Part shown: in pieces, positions 11,601 to 24,286 of the stretch | How positions within the stretch are numbered: position 1 is the stretch's first letter | Layout: every line of letters begins with the position of its first letter | NCBI RefSeq assembly: GCF_902713615.1 | Contig: NC_052146.1 | Coordinates: 295,004,000 to 295,067,999, forward strand | Direction of reading: 5' to 3' | Length of the DNA stretch: 64,000 nucleotides | Source: Scyliorhinus canicula | Taxonomy: Eukaryota | Program-made: the position numbers and the translations under genes | The notes under the pieces: generated by a model | What the model was told of the DNA's origin: nothing | Seen by the model: only the letters and a program-made list of their open reading frames with translations | The model's database searches: none

Positions 11601-14600
11601 ATCACCATCCATTAATCAAATGTGCAGCCAACCCTATAGAGTCTGTACCAGATTCCAAGGATGTGCTAGCTTTTCTTTACTGTGTCACATTGCTTTTAAC
11701 AATGTAGTACTGTAGATATTCTTTGACCTTTTGTTTTTAAGCAATTCCATTCTTGGGGAAATAGTGCACTTTTCTCTCGCTTGGAAATCTGTCCGCTTCC
11801 AAATGTTTAGTTGAATTTTTCTGTTAGTTCAGACACGGCATGTTTGTATTTTCTATATGTTACCCAGTCTTTGCATCTCACAGCCTCAGGCCAAGTGTTT
11901 GACTGCAAGATATTTTTATAATAGATTATTTCTGGTTTGTTTTCTCTTTTCCTGTTCTTCCCTTTATTTGCTATTTCTTTCCTTTATTTGCTATTTCTTT
12001 CCTACTGTGGTCTTAATTGTTTCTCCACACTTAAGAGTTCCACCTTTTTGTCAATATCTGCCTGACCCAGCAAGTCTTTCTATGCATGGTTGACGCAAAT
12101 AATCAACATGTAAACCGACAGACTTCCAAACCATTTTATCCAACTCCCATTTATCTTGGCAAATTGCATTGATCATCTCCACATGTCCAGATTGGCTGTC
12201 CTTTTAAAAACAACACTGAAGCTTAATTGTGTTGTGTTATATACTTGCCCAGATGGGATTGCACTGTCGGCTTCCCACTTTTCACAAACTGCTGCTATAA
12301 TGGCATTTCCCCAAGGCATTCAGGCTGGGTTTTTATAACAGTGCAGCTATCAAGGCATGGTCCCACCCTGCTCTGAAACTAAGTGGTTGTCCAGTGTCCT
12401 TGCAAGGGTTTCTGGCCCAAAATGATCTAGTCAAGTCAGCAGGTGACGGTTTGAAAGTTAGCATTAGGTACAGCAAAACAATGGCACTACTTTGGGGGGG
12501 GGGGGGGTTACATTTTAAGGCGAACTGGAACATTCTTCTTTTTCAACTCCTTTCCTTTAAACTGCAATATATGCTTGTCTAACTCTGGAACGATTGAGTG
12601 GTGATATAAAATGTGCAACAATGTCTTTATTACACTTATCAAAATTAGGAACATGGTATTTTATTCAGCTTGCTTTCTACTGTCCTGATGGTCGCATGAT
12701 ACTATAATTCTGGTTACTGTGGAAATATGGGATACCTGTGTACTTAGTGCACCTGACCATTGCCTGCTCATTCTTGTACAGTTTGTTGAGTTTAAATTGT
12801 TTGAAACTCTTGCTTTCAGGAGAGGAAGAACTTTCTGTCGGGTACTCTGGGAATGGAGCAAAATGTTCAAATTGCAAGTCTGAAGATTACAGTGAGAAGT
12901 TCGGAGAGAATGATGTGATTGGTTGCTTTCTGGTAAGTCAACAGTGTAGGGAATCATGGCATCATGACTAACAAAGAATTCTGATTTTTGATGTGCTGTC
13001 TTTTGCCAACCATTTCTGCTGTGTTTTCAAACCTTAACCCTGATGCCATTGTTAATCATCGATTTATAGGGGTCAACAAACTTATGCATTTAACGTTTTG
13101 CGGTTTTAGGTATAGCAATTATCAAAAACTAATATCCATTTAGCTCCTTCACATTGCAATTAGTAACTCCAACCTGTCAGTGATACTGCTGTTGGAGAAT
13201 AAGAATTTGAAGTTAAAAATTCATTACGTTTTATTATTTTCAAAGAATCTGCAAAATATGAGGTTATTCGTGAAAGGAGCTTTAAAAATGTCTCTTTGCT
13301 TGTATATTTAAAACATCAAGAGCTGAGCATTGCACACATAGGAAAGTTCTGTTTAACGATCAGTGTGTAGTCTAATTATGGAGATCAATCCTTTACAGTA
13401 AGGATCAACCACCCATGGGAATATTTGAGGGTTGAGCTTGCTGTTCTCCGTATAGTGATGATTGACATATGCAAAACAAGGATGTTTAATAATGTTCAGA
13501 AGTTGTGCAGTAGTCACTATCAAATTCTTTGTTAATTGCAGCCAATCTCCACTTGAATTTTTCTCTCTGCAGGAAATGCTAGTGCTCTCAATTATTTAAC
13601 ATTTTTTTGTTGCAGAACTTTGATGCTGAGGAAGTGGAAGTCTCTTACTCCAAGAATGGTCAGGATCTGGGTGTCGCATTTAAGATTGGGAAAGACAGTC
13701 TCGCTGACAGAGCCTTATTCCCGCATGTTCTGTGCCACAATTGTGCTGTGGAGCTTAACTTTGGACAGATGGAGACTCCATACTTTCCGACACCGGAAGG
13801 CTTCACCTTCATCCAACAGGTTCCATTGGAGGAGCGTGTACGAGGGCCTAAGGGTCCCAAAACCAAAGGAGAATGTGAGGTACATATGATGCTTTAAAAT
13901 CAAGTATAGAATCCCTATAGTGGAGAAGGGCATTCAGCCCATCGAGCCTGTACGAACCCTCTGAAAGGCCCCATCTCTGTAACCCTGCGCGTTGCTCATG
14001 GCCAATCCACCTGTACATGTCTGGACTGTGGGCGAAAACCAGTGCATGTGGAGGAAACCCACACAGACACAGTCAGAAAGTGCAAATTCCCCCTGTCGTA
14101 ACACTGAAGCAGCAGTGTTAACCACTAGAAACATTGGCGTAAACTGCTCATGCTAGATTGTGACTGACATGTACCTCAGCTCCATTTTACCCACTTTTGT
14201 TCCAAATCTCTCAAAACCCTTCCATCACAAAAATCTACTTCTGTTGAAAAGAAGCAACAGTTGTTTTGTACATAGAGTTGGCTTTTCTATAGCATGACCT
14301 ACAAGTTGCTCGACCTTTAAAACGTGCTGGTTAGATTCCATACCTGATACTGCAATGTTCCATTTAAAAAGTGTTAACAGTCTTGTCTCGCCCTGAGTAT
14401 AGCTATAATATGTTTTCTTTATCACTAGCTGTTAGACTTAATGTCATGCATAACTCCAGGCTTCAATGATGTCATATGTTTACACTATATAATTTTTCTA
14501 AATTCTCACATTGAAAGTTAATGAAATACAGAAGTATGAGTCTTGTAATGCGAAAAACCAACCTGCAGTAAATCTTTCTTTGATATTAACAATTAGTGGT

Positions 14601-17600
14601 CATTTCAGGAAGAGGATACTTGAATTAACCTGTAATAACGTTTGGTTTGTTTTAGGTTTTGATGATGGTTGGCTTGCCTGGAACTGGCAAATCAGTTTGG
14701 GTTTCAAAGCATGCAGCAGAGTATCCAGGCAAATATAATATTTTGGGGACAAACAATATCATGGATATAATGAAGGTGAGATGCTTGAGAAATGTTTACT
14801 TTTTTCAGTATGTGCATGTACATATAAAATAAGATGAATTGCATAAATTGTTTAAATTGCCCTGACCAAAGGAAGTTCACACTTACTTTGCTGTTCATGT
14901 GGAAACACTTGAGGTGCTCCTGGGAGACATGCATTACTTATGTATTATTAGATGACTTTGTTTATGCATGTAATTCCAGTTCAGTTTTGGGTTTTGATTT
15001 TTGTTGTGTGTTTATTCTGACATTTGACATTGGAGCAGCATGTTTAAAACACTCAGAAATCATGTATGTAAACAATTGGCTGTAACAATACACCTTATTT
15101 TCTGGGGTATAAGTCTAATTGATCTGCGATTTTTCCAAACTCTATTCATATACAAGTCAAAGTCATTGTGGTAGGAGGAGACTAGACTACCTTGAGATTC
15201 CGCAGAATAGAGAGACACCGGGCGGTACGGTGGTGTAGTGGTTAGCACTGCTGTCTACGGCGCTGAGGCATTTGTTAATGAAAAAGAAGAATCATCATAC
15301 AACACTTTAAACGCAATTTACTTTACATCAGAGAAGCCTTCAAACTCTTAGTCTGTTGCACATTTCATGACTTCCAGCTTGAACACTGCCATATAGGATT
15401 GACCTGACTAGACTGGAGGCATTTTGGTATGAGGCAAGGAGTTTAATTGCAATTATTTATACTCCCAATTATGTAAATAGTGATTTTGATTATGGATAAG
15501 TCTCCACTATAAACCCCAAAAATACAGTAGTTGTGACCTATGGGCAAGTAGGTGGTGCTCAGAAATTAGTTTCTGAATTTTTTTTCTGCTCCATTCCTGA
15601 ATATTCCTTTTACTAGGATGGGCAATTTAGAAAAATTAATATAAGATGCAAGGAAAGAATTGCATTGTCAATTGACTACCCTCATTAGTGTAAGGGAAAT
15701 TAATAGATCGTTTTTTTAAAACCACAATGTTTCGTGTAGTGCCACCTTACAAATAAACCTGGAAGTAAATAGTGAGCATACAAAACAAAATCATGAATTA
15801 TCTTTTTTTAAATAAATTTAGAGTACCCAATTCATTTTTTCCAATTAAGGGGCAATTTAGCGTGGCCAATCCACCTAGCCTGCACATCTTTGGGTTGTGG
15901 GGGCGAAAGCCACGCAAACACGGAGTGAATGCGCAAATTCCACACGGGCAGTGACCCAGAGCCGGGATCGAACCTGGGACCTCGGCGCCGTGAGGCTACA
16001 AGGCTAACCCACTGAGCCCACCGTGCTGCCCCTGTGAATTATATTTCTGCTAACTACCACATGTGTTAAAGTGCTGAAGAATGCATACAAGTAAAGATTC
16101 CACGGAACAACAAAGGAATCCAGGGCCAGATTAATGTTTGATCCTAACGTACAATGTTCTTGGAATGTGTTCTGTTCAAATTTTCCGCCCTCTTTTAGGT
16201 TTTGAGCTTCAAGCGTCAGAAGACTGACAGGGGTAAATTAACTACATTGATTCAGCAAGCTACACAATGTTTGAGCAAGTTTATTGAGATTGCTGCTCGC
16301 AAGAAGCGCAACTACATTCTCGATCAGGTATGCGGGAAGCTGATCTTTCTGCTATTTAACTGACTGTATATTCAGATTTGTTTTTGTTCCTGTATATGAT
16401 CTACGCAATAGGTCAGCTTGCTTGGGAGACAAAAGGATAGAATTAGGGCGAGGGTTCAATGTATTGAAATAAATTTTATATTGAGTACAGATTACAGATA
16501 GGGCACTTAAGTTCTCGCTAAGTAGGAAAACAACCAAATAACCCAGTATAATTGCATTTTTGATTCCTTACTGTAGCCAATCCTCTTTGTTATATGGTTG
16601 CTATAATTAATTGTAATATACTTGGTGCACAATAACTCGTGCTGTCTTATCAGCTTTGCTGGGCTTAAATTAAGATGGGATGCTGTGCAAGAATGGGAGG
16701 TGTGGGGGTGCCTGGAAAACTCAAAATGAGAAGCATAGCTTTTTTTTTCAAAAAAACTTTTAATTTTCTTGTGTAGACAAATGTGTGTGCAGCTGCACAA
16801 AGAAGGAAGATGTGCCTGTTCGCAGGCTTCCAGCGTAAAGCGGTTGTCATTTGCCCATCAGATGAAGAATATAAGGAGCGTTCAAAGAAGAAAGCAGAGG
16901 AAGAGGGAAAGGATGTCCCAGAGCATGCTGTTCTGAAAATGAAAGGTGTAGATCCAATTTGAGTGCAACCCTTGTGTTGCCTTATCAATCAGTTTTTCTT
17001 TGGAAGATAGAATACCTGGTCTTACTCTATAGTTTGGATGTGTTAGTGGTACAACAGTGCACTTAATGGTTACCTCTAGTGTTTTTAACCAAACCTTTAA
17101 AAATATGATTTTGCCCTTTTGGATTTTTAAAAAAATGTCTTTGCCTGTTACATTAGTCTTTTTATTTGACCTTTAAGTTAAGTATAATTTTAGAGATATG
17201 TATCACTTGGATGTTATATAACAAATGTTTTGTGCCTTTTTAAAAAAAGATCTTGCTTCAGAACTGACCTGTAGTTATAAGCTGCTGCGATGCAGCTATT
17301 TCCAAACAGTTTAATTTACTCGTGAACTTGTCATTTTTGTCTAGTGTAATTCTTGTAGGTCAGCAGTCTATTATCGTTCTCACACTGATAAAAGTAGTTT
17401 CTGATGCTCGGATATGTGGTGGTGCTACACAAGAATCCTGTAAATCTTCTGACTTCTCCATGCGCTGTAGCCGGGGAAGGGCACACAGTTATAATTCCAA
17501 CAATTTTTAAAAAATAATGCCCTGATGTCTCCTTTGAACTGACCGTCCTAAATTTATTTCTTCAAAGGTTTTAATATTGGTGTCCTTTGCCACTGAGCTC

Positions 17601-20600
17601 AGTGTGAGGTGTGACCTTATTGAAGCAGGAGAAGAATACAGTGCTGTCATGCATTGTACAAACTTCTTTTTGAACTCCCCTGACCCTTTAGTTGACTGCA
17701 TTGCTCCAAGCGATCAGGACCAACCTGGACCTGGTTTTAGTGCCTCCTTGTACTCTGGTAGGGGGAGGGTGGTACTGCTGCTGGTGAATGACCCACACAT
17801 ACAACACAACACACTCCTCGCGCTGAAAAAAAGCATACATGTGGACTTTGGGTGAGTACAGAGATCAGCTGTGCTGCATACACAGTTGAATAGTCCTATT
17901 TACATTCTGGCCTGGTGTGAAGAAAGATGGCAGAGGAGAGCTGGTACCCTGTAGGCCCCCTCTAACATGAGTCAAGAGTACAGGATGCGAGGGAAATGGT
18001 GGTGTAACGTGGCTGCATTGGCTTCATCTAAAGAGCAATTATGGAGCTGCAGGCAAATTGAAACATAGAGATATTCTGCTGCACCATATTGATACTTACT
18101 TTTAATGGTCTGTTTTTAAGGTATCTTCACGCTGCCTGAGTCAGGTGACTTTCTGGATGAGGTGACCTACGCAGAGCTGCAAAAGGAAGATGCTCAGAAA
18201 TTGCTCGAGAAATACAAGGAGGAAAGTAAAACCGCCCTACCACCAGAGAAAAAACCCAATACAAACACTGGGAAGAGAGCCATGAATCGGGGTCGAAGTG
18301 GTCAACGGGGTGGAATGAACCAGTACAATAGAGGTGGCCAGAGAGGAGGGCGAGGTGGATATCCGAACCGCGGCAATTACCGAGGGGGTAGGCAAATGGT
18401 TTAAACTTGTACAAATCGAATGAGTACCTTTTGCTGGGAAATGATCACCTTATTTAGGATTGTGATGAGAAGAGGTTGATTCAGTCAAAGGATTGTGAAT
18501 CTTTGAAATTCTCCAGCCAAGAGGGTTGTGGGTATTCCATCGTTCTAATACCCCTGAGGCTGGGATCGATATAATTTTGGTGCCTTTGGGAATTGAGGGA
18601 TATTGAGAGCGGGTGGGAAAGTGGAGCTGAAAGCCAAGATCAGCCATAATTGTACTGAATGGTGGAGCAGGCACACATGTGGTCTACTCCTATAGAGTTC
18701 ACCTTCTCGCGCGCCCCCCCCCCCCCCCCCCCCCCCCTGCTTTTACAACTAGGGAACTTAATCTTGCGTTGGTGACCAGCAGTAACATTTGGTAGAGAAT
18801 TATGCAGCTGGCCCTAAACGTCTATATCATCTCTACTTCTCATGTGATACTAATCGTTTTAGGGTATGATTTCATTGTTCCCGGCATCCTTCAGAGTGTC
18901 CCTCTAGTATTCATCATTCCTGTGTGAGCTTCAATAACAAACGCCAAAGGGATGGGAACATTGCAGCCAAGCCCACTTTCATTCTTGCCTATTATTTGCG
19001 CGGACATTTGTAGCAGAAGTTTCTGGTCACTGGTCAGGAAGCAGATATCTTAATTTCCCTTCCCTGATTTAGGAACACTCAAATGTGTAGTAACATTTAG
19101 ACAGATTAGACGTCCATGAGACCTGGCTAGTTTTTAGGGTTCTGCTGCATGCTGGGTCAATCCAAAGTCTGTCTGCTGCATGTTTGTCCTGGATGAATAT
19201 CTTCCATAAAAAGGTTTTCCTGTAAACCGACATTCTCAGTCACCTTTTTAAAAGAATACAGAGCAGAACCATAGTGTCTGGGTTTTCCCCCATGAATGTT
19301 GCATTGAAGAATTAATTGGAAATGAAATGTGATAATCCTGAGACACTCTTTTCCATCAAGCAGGTTCAAACCGTGGACAGTATAATAGAAGAGGAAATCA
19401 ACAGAGTCGTGGCTATGCTCACAATCAGCGTTTCACTCCGATGATAGGCTACAATAGGGGTGGTTTTGTTGAAAGACCCTCTTACAGTGGCAGGGGAGGT
19501 GCCTACAACCACAGGGGCGCAGCAGACAACCACAGGGGTCCAGGCAGCAACCGAGGAGGCTATGGACAAGTAAAGTATAGATTTTGAATTATTTCTGTCT
19601 GGCGGTGAACTGCTTCTGAGACACATGACTATAGTTCTGAATTGTCACAGTTGTGTTTTTGTTCCCAGTAAGTCTGCAACTTCGAAGATTGTATCAAGTA
19701 AATAGTCTCATAGAACGTAGAACAGTACAGCACAGAACAGGCCTTTCGGCCCTCGATGTTGTGCCGAGCAATGATCACCCTACTCAAACCCACGTATCCC
19801 CCCTATAGCCGTAACCCAAACAACCCCCCCGTAACCTTACTTTTTAGGACACTACGGGCAATTTAGCATGTCCAATCCACCTAACCCGCATATCTTTGGA
19901 CTGTGGGAGGAAACCGGAGCACCCGGAGGAAACCCACGCACACACGGGGAGGACGTGCAGACTCCGCACAGACAGTGACCCAGCCGGGAATCGAACCTGG
20001 GACCCTGGAGCTGTGAAGCATTTATGCTAACCACCATGCTACCGTGCTGCCCCAGATCTCGTATGGATCTTTTTAACCAAACCTCGGATCATTTTTTTCC
20101 TGATCAGTTGCTCACTTCATCAGTTTTTTTTTTGCCGTTTCTGTCTGGTCATTGCTTCCCTCATCTTTATCTTTTGTTACTCTTTTCGTTATGAGTAACA
20201 AAGACTAGGAGAAGGCAGGGACTCTGTTATTCTTCCAACCAATTTATATGTGCCCATACAGCATTTCTTCCTGATTTTATAATGTATAGTAGTTGGCGCT
20301 CCCGCTCAGCACCAGCCACTTGTATTTATATAGTACACTCAGCATTCAAAAACATCCCAGTGTACCTCAAGGAAAAAGTTGGAAAGTGATTGAGGGAAGA
20401 AATTGCCAGAGCTTAGGGCCTTGACAGTAGACGGCATGGCCACCATTGTGTTGACATGATGAGAATAAAGCTGTTCTTCCAAGGATAAAACTTTGAAATG
20501 GCATAGCCATGAGGTATTTTTGCCATCTTTCAGAGTATCCTGACAGTGCCCATTCGGACCAACACTGTGAAAGAGCACCACTCACTTCCCACCCTATCCC

Positions 20601-22436
20601 CGCACACTTCCCAAACCTTCACATCCCTCGGCACTTGAGGGGCAATTTTCTCATGGCCGGTCCACCTAACCTGCAAGTGGGAGGAAACTGGAGCACCCGC
20701 ACGCAGACATGGGGAGAACGTGCAAACTCCACACAGACATTGACCCAAAACAGGAACTGGACCCTGGCGCTGAGAGGCAGCAGTGCTAACCCCGTGCCGT
20801 GCTGCCCCTTTGTTTTACTATTTACTGGATGTTTGAGCAGGATTTTGGGACACTAATTATGAAGTTGGAAGGGGAAACGGGTTGCTTGCGGTGGAAATCC
20901 TACCACACTTTGTGGTTCATCCTTATTAGAAACTAGTGTTAATTGCTCATCAAAATTAATGGTGCAATAGGAATGAGAATTGTGATGTTCACACTTCCTG
21001 TTGAACTGGAGCTTTCAAGGAATGCATCTGATATAATTACACTACACTGGTAATTTCTACACAAATCAACACAATACCAAGGAAAACTGGTATTTCCTGC
21101 TATTGATGCTAACTGTAATCGCAATAACGTGCAGTACAGGTAGCTGGGGAACTCAAGTGGTGCAGCTAAGCATTGAGTACTTGGGTTGTAAGATGTATTG
21201 TATTACTTATGCGGGTACACCTTGATTTTAGAGCCATTCAAGGGCAAGTAGAAAACTGTACACCTGTCTCTTGACTAAAACATTTTTTTCAATGCGACAG
21301 AATTTCAGGGGCAGGGGAAATCGTGGCTTTAACCAAGGCTACAGAAATGAAAACTTCCTCCAAGGTCAGGGCTACAAACAGAACTGGAGCCGTCAGCAGC
21401 AGGCGGTAAGTAACACTATAATCCAAGGTGCTGAGTGGCAGACAAAACTAGTTTACCTGCAGTCATGTTGAAAGCTGGTTTGGGCAGTGACAAGTCGTGT
21501 GCTGTTGATGGATCCTCATACTGCAGCATTCTGGAATACGGCTGTTCTCCATGCAGGTGTTTCAAATGTTGCTGATTTGTAATCTGCTTAATATAGTTTT
21601 TGATCAGGGCTAGGGTGTTTAAAGTCTGGAGTCATCTGCAGGATTTCTCTTTTTTTATTCAAAATATTTTTTGAAAAACCTATAAATGATGTACAAAGCG
21701 AGTGATTTTCAAATTCAGTTGAAGTCTGAGGGGAGTGCTGATAAGAGAATTGGATGCGCTTTTATTAAAGATTATGGAGGACCTTGAAGCAGCTTAGAGA
21801 GTGGGAGGATGCACGAGCAAAGGCCTCTGGAGAAACAATTATTGGTAGATTTTAATATTTCCATTTTAAACTTGGTTCCTTGTGATAAGAAAATCTCGGG
21901 AATCCTGAAGCACAGTAGCAGCAGCTTCTAAAATGGATTTTGATGGTGATGTACTTATCGTGCAAATAAAACTCCAGTTATAGTCATTCTGGTATTGCTG
22001 CATTCATTTTTTTAATGAACAAAGTCAGTCACTTCAACGTGACTGTGCTCGCTGAAGCTGGTAGGGTCCTGGGTGGATGTTGCACATTTCAGCTGGCCTC
22101 CTGCTAATATGGAGATCCTCTTAGTATCCTAGGAATGGTAATTTTCTCTGTAGTATGTGGTCTCCGGTGTATTAAGTTAACTTTTTAGTTATGCACAGTC
22201 AAAACAGCAGTGAGATGGGTACTGGTATTTATATTTTCCGTGCCAGCCAGGGATCCGTGTACTTCTGCACCTGATTTAAACTTTCTAAAACATTTCTGGA
22301 TCTTTGCTTCTTGAAAGCTGCTGCTAGTTGGGTTTTTCCTGATTCTCACAAGTTTGTTTGTTTTTTTCAAATTTTACAGCGACTTCAACAGTTCTGGAGT
22401 CAGTACAGCAATCAGTATAACAAAGACTACTACTAG
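1833..22436 (+). CDS. HNRNPU: Heterogeneous nuclear ribonucleoprotein U (SAF-A), spliced 14-exon CDS span
   Basis: SAP domain [23 protein letters not shown]; [15 protein letters not shown]; SPRY motifs CDLHFKI and [17 protein letters not shown]; P-loop GLPGTGKS; [14 protein letters not shown]; [16 protein letters not shown]; RGG tail; C-terminal YY*. Closer to HNRNPU than HNRNPUL1/2 by recalled sequence, and convergent with COX20. Exons 1-4 carry indels in this sequence. Confidence 0.93.
6232..6358 (+). CDS. HNRNPU: HNRNPU exon 2
   Basis: ttttctcttag acceptor, CG|gtatga donor; [24 protein letters not shown]; contains indels. Confidence 0.85.
6449..6523 (+). CDS. HNRNPU: HNRNPU exon 3
   Basis: tttctag acceptor, T|gtacgt donor; [24 protein letters not shown] with one extra C. 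Confidence 0.88.
7771..8077 (-). mobile_element. HE1-like V-SINE with CR1-derived tail
   Basis: tRNA-like head (GGTTCGATTCCC B box), V-domain GGGTTTCCTCCGGGTGCTCCG, tail GAAGGGCCTGTTCTGTG..(TTCTATG)n. Similar copies at ~19711-20053(-), 23800-24148(-), 24908-25232(+), 46372-46692(+), 53883-54225(-), 62165-62513(-). Confidence 0.9.
8867..9006 (+). CDS. HNRNPU: HNRNPU exon 4 (SPRY start)
   Basis: [12 protein letters not shown]...[23 protein letters not shown]|gtaaat; compensating -1/+1 indels inside. Confidence 0.9.
9096..9195 (+). CDS. HNRNPU: HNRNPU exon 5
   Basis: gacag acceptor; [33 protein letters not shown]; G|gtaagt donor. Confidence 0.93.
10484..10884. mobile_element. Non-autonomous DNA transposon (MITE), PIF/Harbinger-like
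   Basis: Imperfect TIRs GGGTGGAATTCTCCGCA / TGCGGAGAATTGCGCCC; 3-bp TSD TTG (10481-83, 10885-87); GC-rich insert in an AT-rich intron. Confidence 0.75.
12820..12932 (+). CDS. HNRNPU: HNRNPU exon 6
   Basis: [38 protein letters not shown]|gtaagt; phase matches exon 5. Confidence 0.93.
13616..13879 (+). CDS. HNRNPU: HNRNPU exon 7
   Basis: [24 protein letters not shown]...[17 protein letters not shown]...[15 protein letters not shown]|gt. Confidence 0.95.
14656..14775 (+). CDS. HNRNPU: HNRNPU exon 8 (Walker A)
   Basis: [40 protein letters not shown]|gtgaga. Confidence 0.95.
15801..16032 (-). mobile_element. V-SINE subfamily with A-rich tail
   Basis: tRNA head, shortened V-domain, tail CCCCTTAATTGGAAAAAATGAATTGGGTACTCTAAATTT-A(n); flanking TGAATTAT repeat. 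Confidence 0.88.
16199..16327 (+). CDS. HNRNPU: HNRNPU exon 9
   Basis: [43 protein letters not shown]|gtatgc. Confidence 0.95.
16777..16945 (+). CDS. HNRNPU: HNRNPU exon 10
   Basis: [57 protein letters not shown]|gt. Confidence 0.95.
18121..18387 (+). CDS. HNRNPU: HNRNPU exon 11 (start of RGG region)
   Basis: [45 protein letters not shown]...[21 protein letters not shown]|gtaggc. Confidence 0.93.
19364..19569 (+). CDS. HNRNPU: HNRNPU exon 12 (RGG)
   Basis: [18 protein letters not shown]...NRGGYGQ|gtaaag; tandem AAGCAG acceptor (start 19361 or 19364). Confidence 0.88.
21301..21405 (+). CDS. HNRNPU: HNRNPU exon 13
   Basis: gacag|[35 protein letters not shown]|gtaagt. Confidence 0.9.
22380..22436 (+). 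CDS. HNRNPU: HNRNPU exon 14, coding part
   Basis: ttttacag|[18 protein letters not shown]; FW...YY* matches the vertebrate HNRNPU C-terminus. Confidence 0.88.
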   Translation, partial: RLQQFWSQYSNQYNKDYY

Positions 22437-22705
22437 GATCTGCAGTGAGTGATCCAACGATGGTTTCACCGCAGCTGTAACTTCAACCAAGAGATGTCAA
22501 CTTTTTTAATCTTGATTTTTAAACATTCCAAAACAAAGTGCCTGCAGGTCGTATTTGGAAGCTTTATCAATTAATTGATTTTTAAGTGTCTTTTATTTTT
22601 TTACATTTTAATTGTAATGTTTAGGTGAAATGTGGTGAACCTCCAATTTCTAGAGGATGAAAACATTTTCAGTTTCTGCATTTTTTTTCCTGTAAAATTT
22701 TATCA

Positions 22706-22759
22706 AATAAAAACCCCCCCTGAACTTGTGCTTTCTGCGTGCCACTTATGTTTATTAAA
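22706..22759 (+). terminator. Candidate HNRNPU polyadenylation signals
   Basis: AATAAA at 22706-22711 and ATTAAA at 22754-22759 in an AT-rich 3' UTR, with GT/T-rich sequence downstream. Confidence 0.55.
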
Positions 22760-23602
22760 GGACCTTCATAGTGCTGTGTTCCCAATTCTGCTCATTTTGG
22801 TGTTTTCCTTTAATCCAAATGGTACAACTTCAGGCACTTCACACCCTCACCGGCCAGTTTTCCACTGCAAGTCAGCAATTTTGGGAAACCATTCTGGGAA
22901 GCTTCTCCCCTTGCCCCCTTACACGATTCTAATCAACCACACACACACCCTCTCTCTTCCCCCCCCCCCCCCCCCCCCAGCGAATCAGATAGTTATTCAC
23001 TGTGTGCCGCTGGTAGGACCAACATTGATCGATCATCCATGATTGCCCCAGCTTGAACACCATTTTATTTAACTAATTCCTCAGCTGCCATGGTGGGATT
23101 TGAATTTGTGCCCTAGGATCATTACTCCAGGTCTCTGGATTACTAGTCCAGTAACATAACTGTCAACGTAAAGTCCAAAACCATCTGCAGTTGTGTTCTC
23201 ATTCAGGAATTCATTAAGCTGAGTTCAAAGGTACTCCACTGGTCAAAAAGTGCCCTGGAAGTTGATGTCTTGTGTTGGGCACTAAGCATTGTGATGTGGA
23301 TAGATCTAGCTCAACTGTGATTCTTACCGTGGAGATTCGAATCATGTCATGTACGCTTATCTGTCTGATTTTACACGTGAACAGCCAGTTGAGTGAAAAG
23401 TAAATTATGCCCCCAGCGTTTAAAGAAAATTGAAGGTGGATCTAAAAATCTAAGTTTGAACAAAATTGGATTTTTAAAGACCAATTGTAATAATAACTCG
23501 TTCTCAGGACATTCAGTTGTGTGTCAAGTGTCAATCCATTGAAGTTCGCAGAACCCAGTCGAATTTTCATTCCCGTCTAATTGTCCATGTAGAAATTTCA
23601 TT

Positions 23603-23781
23603 GGGGCTGTTTAGCACAGGGCTAAATCGCTGGCTTTGAAAGCAGGCCAGCAGCACGGTTCGATTCCTGTAACAGCCTCCCCGAACAAGCGCCGGAATGT
23701 GGTGACTAGGGGCTTTTCACAGTAACTTCATTTGAAGTCTACTTGTGACAATAAGCGAGTTTCATTTCATTTTTCATTTCA
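23603..23781 (+). mobile_element. Second tRNA-derived SINE family
   Basis: GGGGCTGTTTAGCACAGGGCTAAA head, CCGGAATGTGGYGACTAGGGGCTTTTCACAG body, TGTGACAATAA plus (TTTCA)n tail; copies at ~43917-44100(-) and ~51711-51885(-). Confidence 0.85.
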
Positions 23782-24286
23782 ATTTAAACTTTCAGTTCCA
23801 TAGAATCATAGAATTTACAGTGCAGAAGGAGGCCATTTGGCCCATCGAGTCTGCACCGGCTCTTGGAAAGAGCACCCTACCCAAGGTCAACACCTCCACC
23901 CTATCCCCATAACCCAGTAACCCCACGCAACACTAAGGGCAATTTTGGACACTAAGGGCAATTTATCATGGCCAATCCACCTAACCTGCACATCTTTGTG
24001 ACTGGGAGGAAACCGGAGCACCTGGAGGAAACCCACGCACACATTGGGAGGATGTGCAGACTCCACACAGACAGTGACCCAAGCCGGAATCGAACCTGGG
24101 ACTCAAGCTGTGAAGCGATTGTGCTATCCACAATGCTACCGTGCTGCTGATAGCTGAAAGGATGCCACAACAAGATTTCAGGTTCTAAGACTTTGTATTA
24201 ACAAACCAAGAGCATTAGTCACTCAACACTTGTTTTAGGCAACAAGTACTTAAATAACAAAGCATTTCTTTAGGTGGACCGACTCA

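Noticed and set aside
19570-22379. Possible intronic H/ACA snoRNA in late HNRNPU introns
   Set aside because: No convincing hairpin-H-hairpin-ACA structure could be identified by eye; needs an Infernal/snoReport search.
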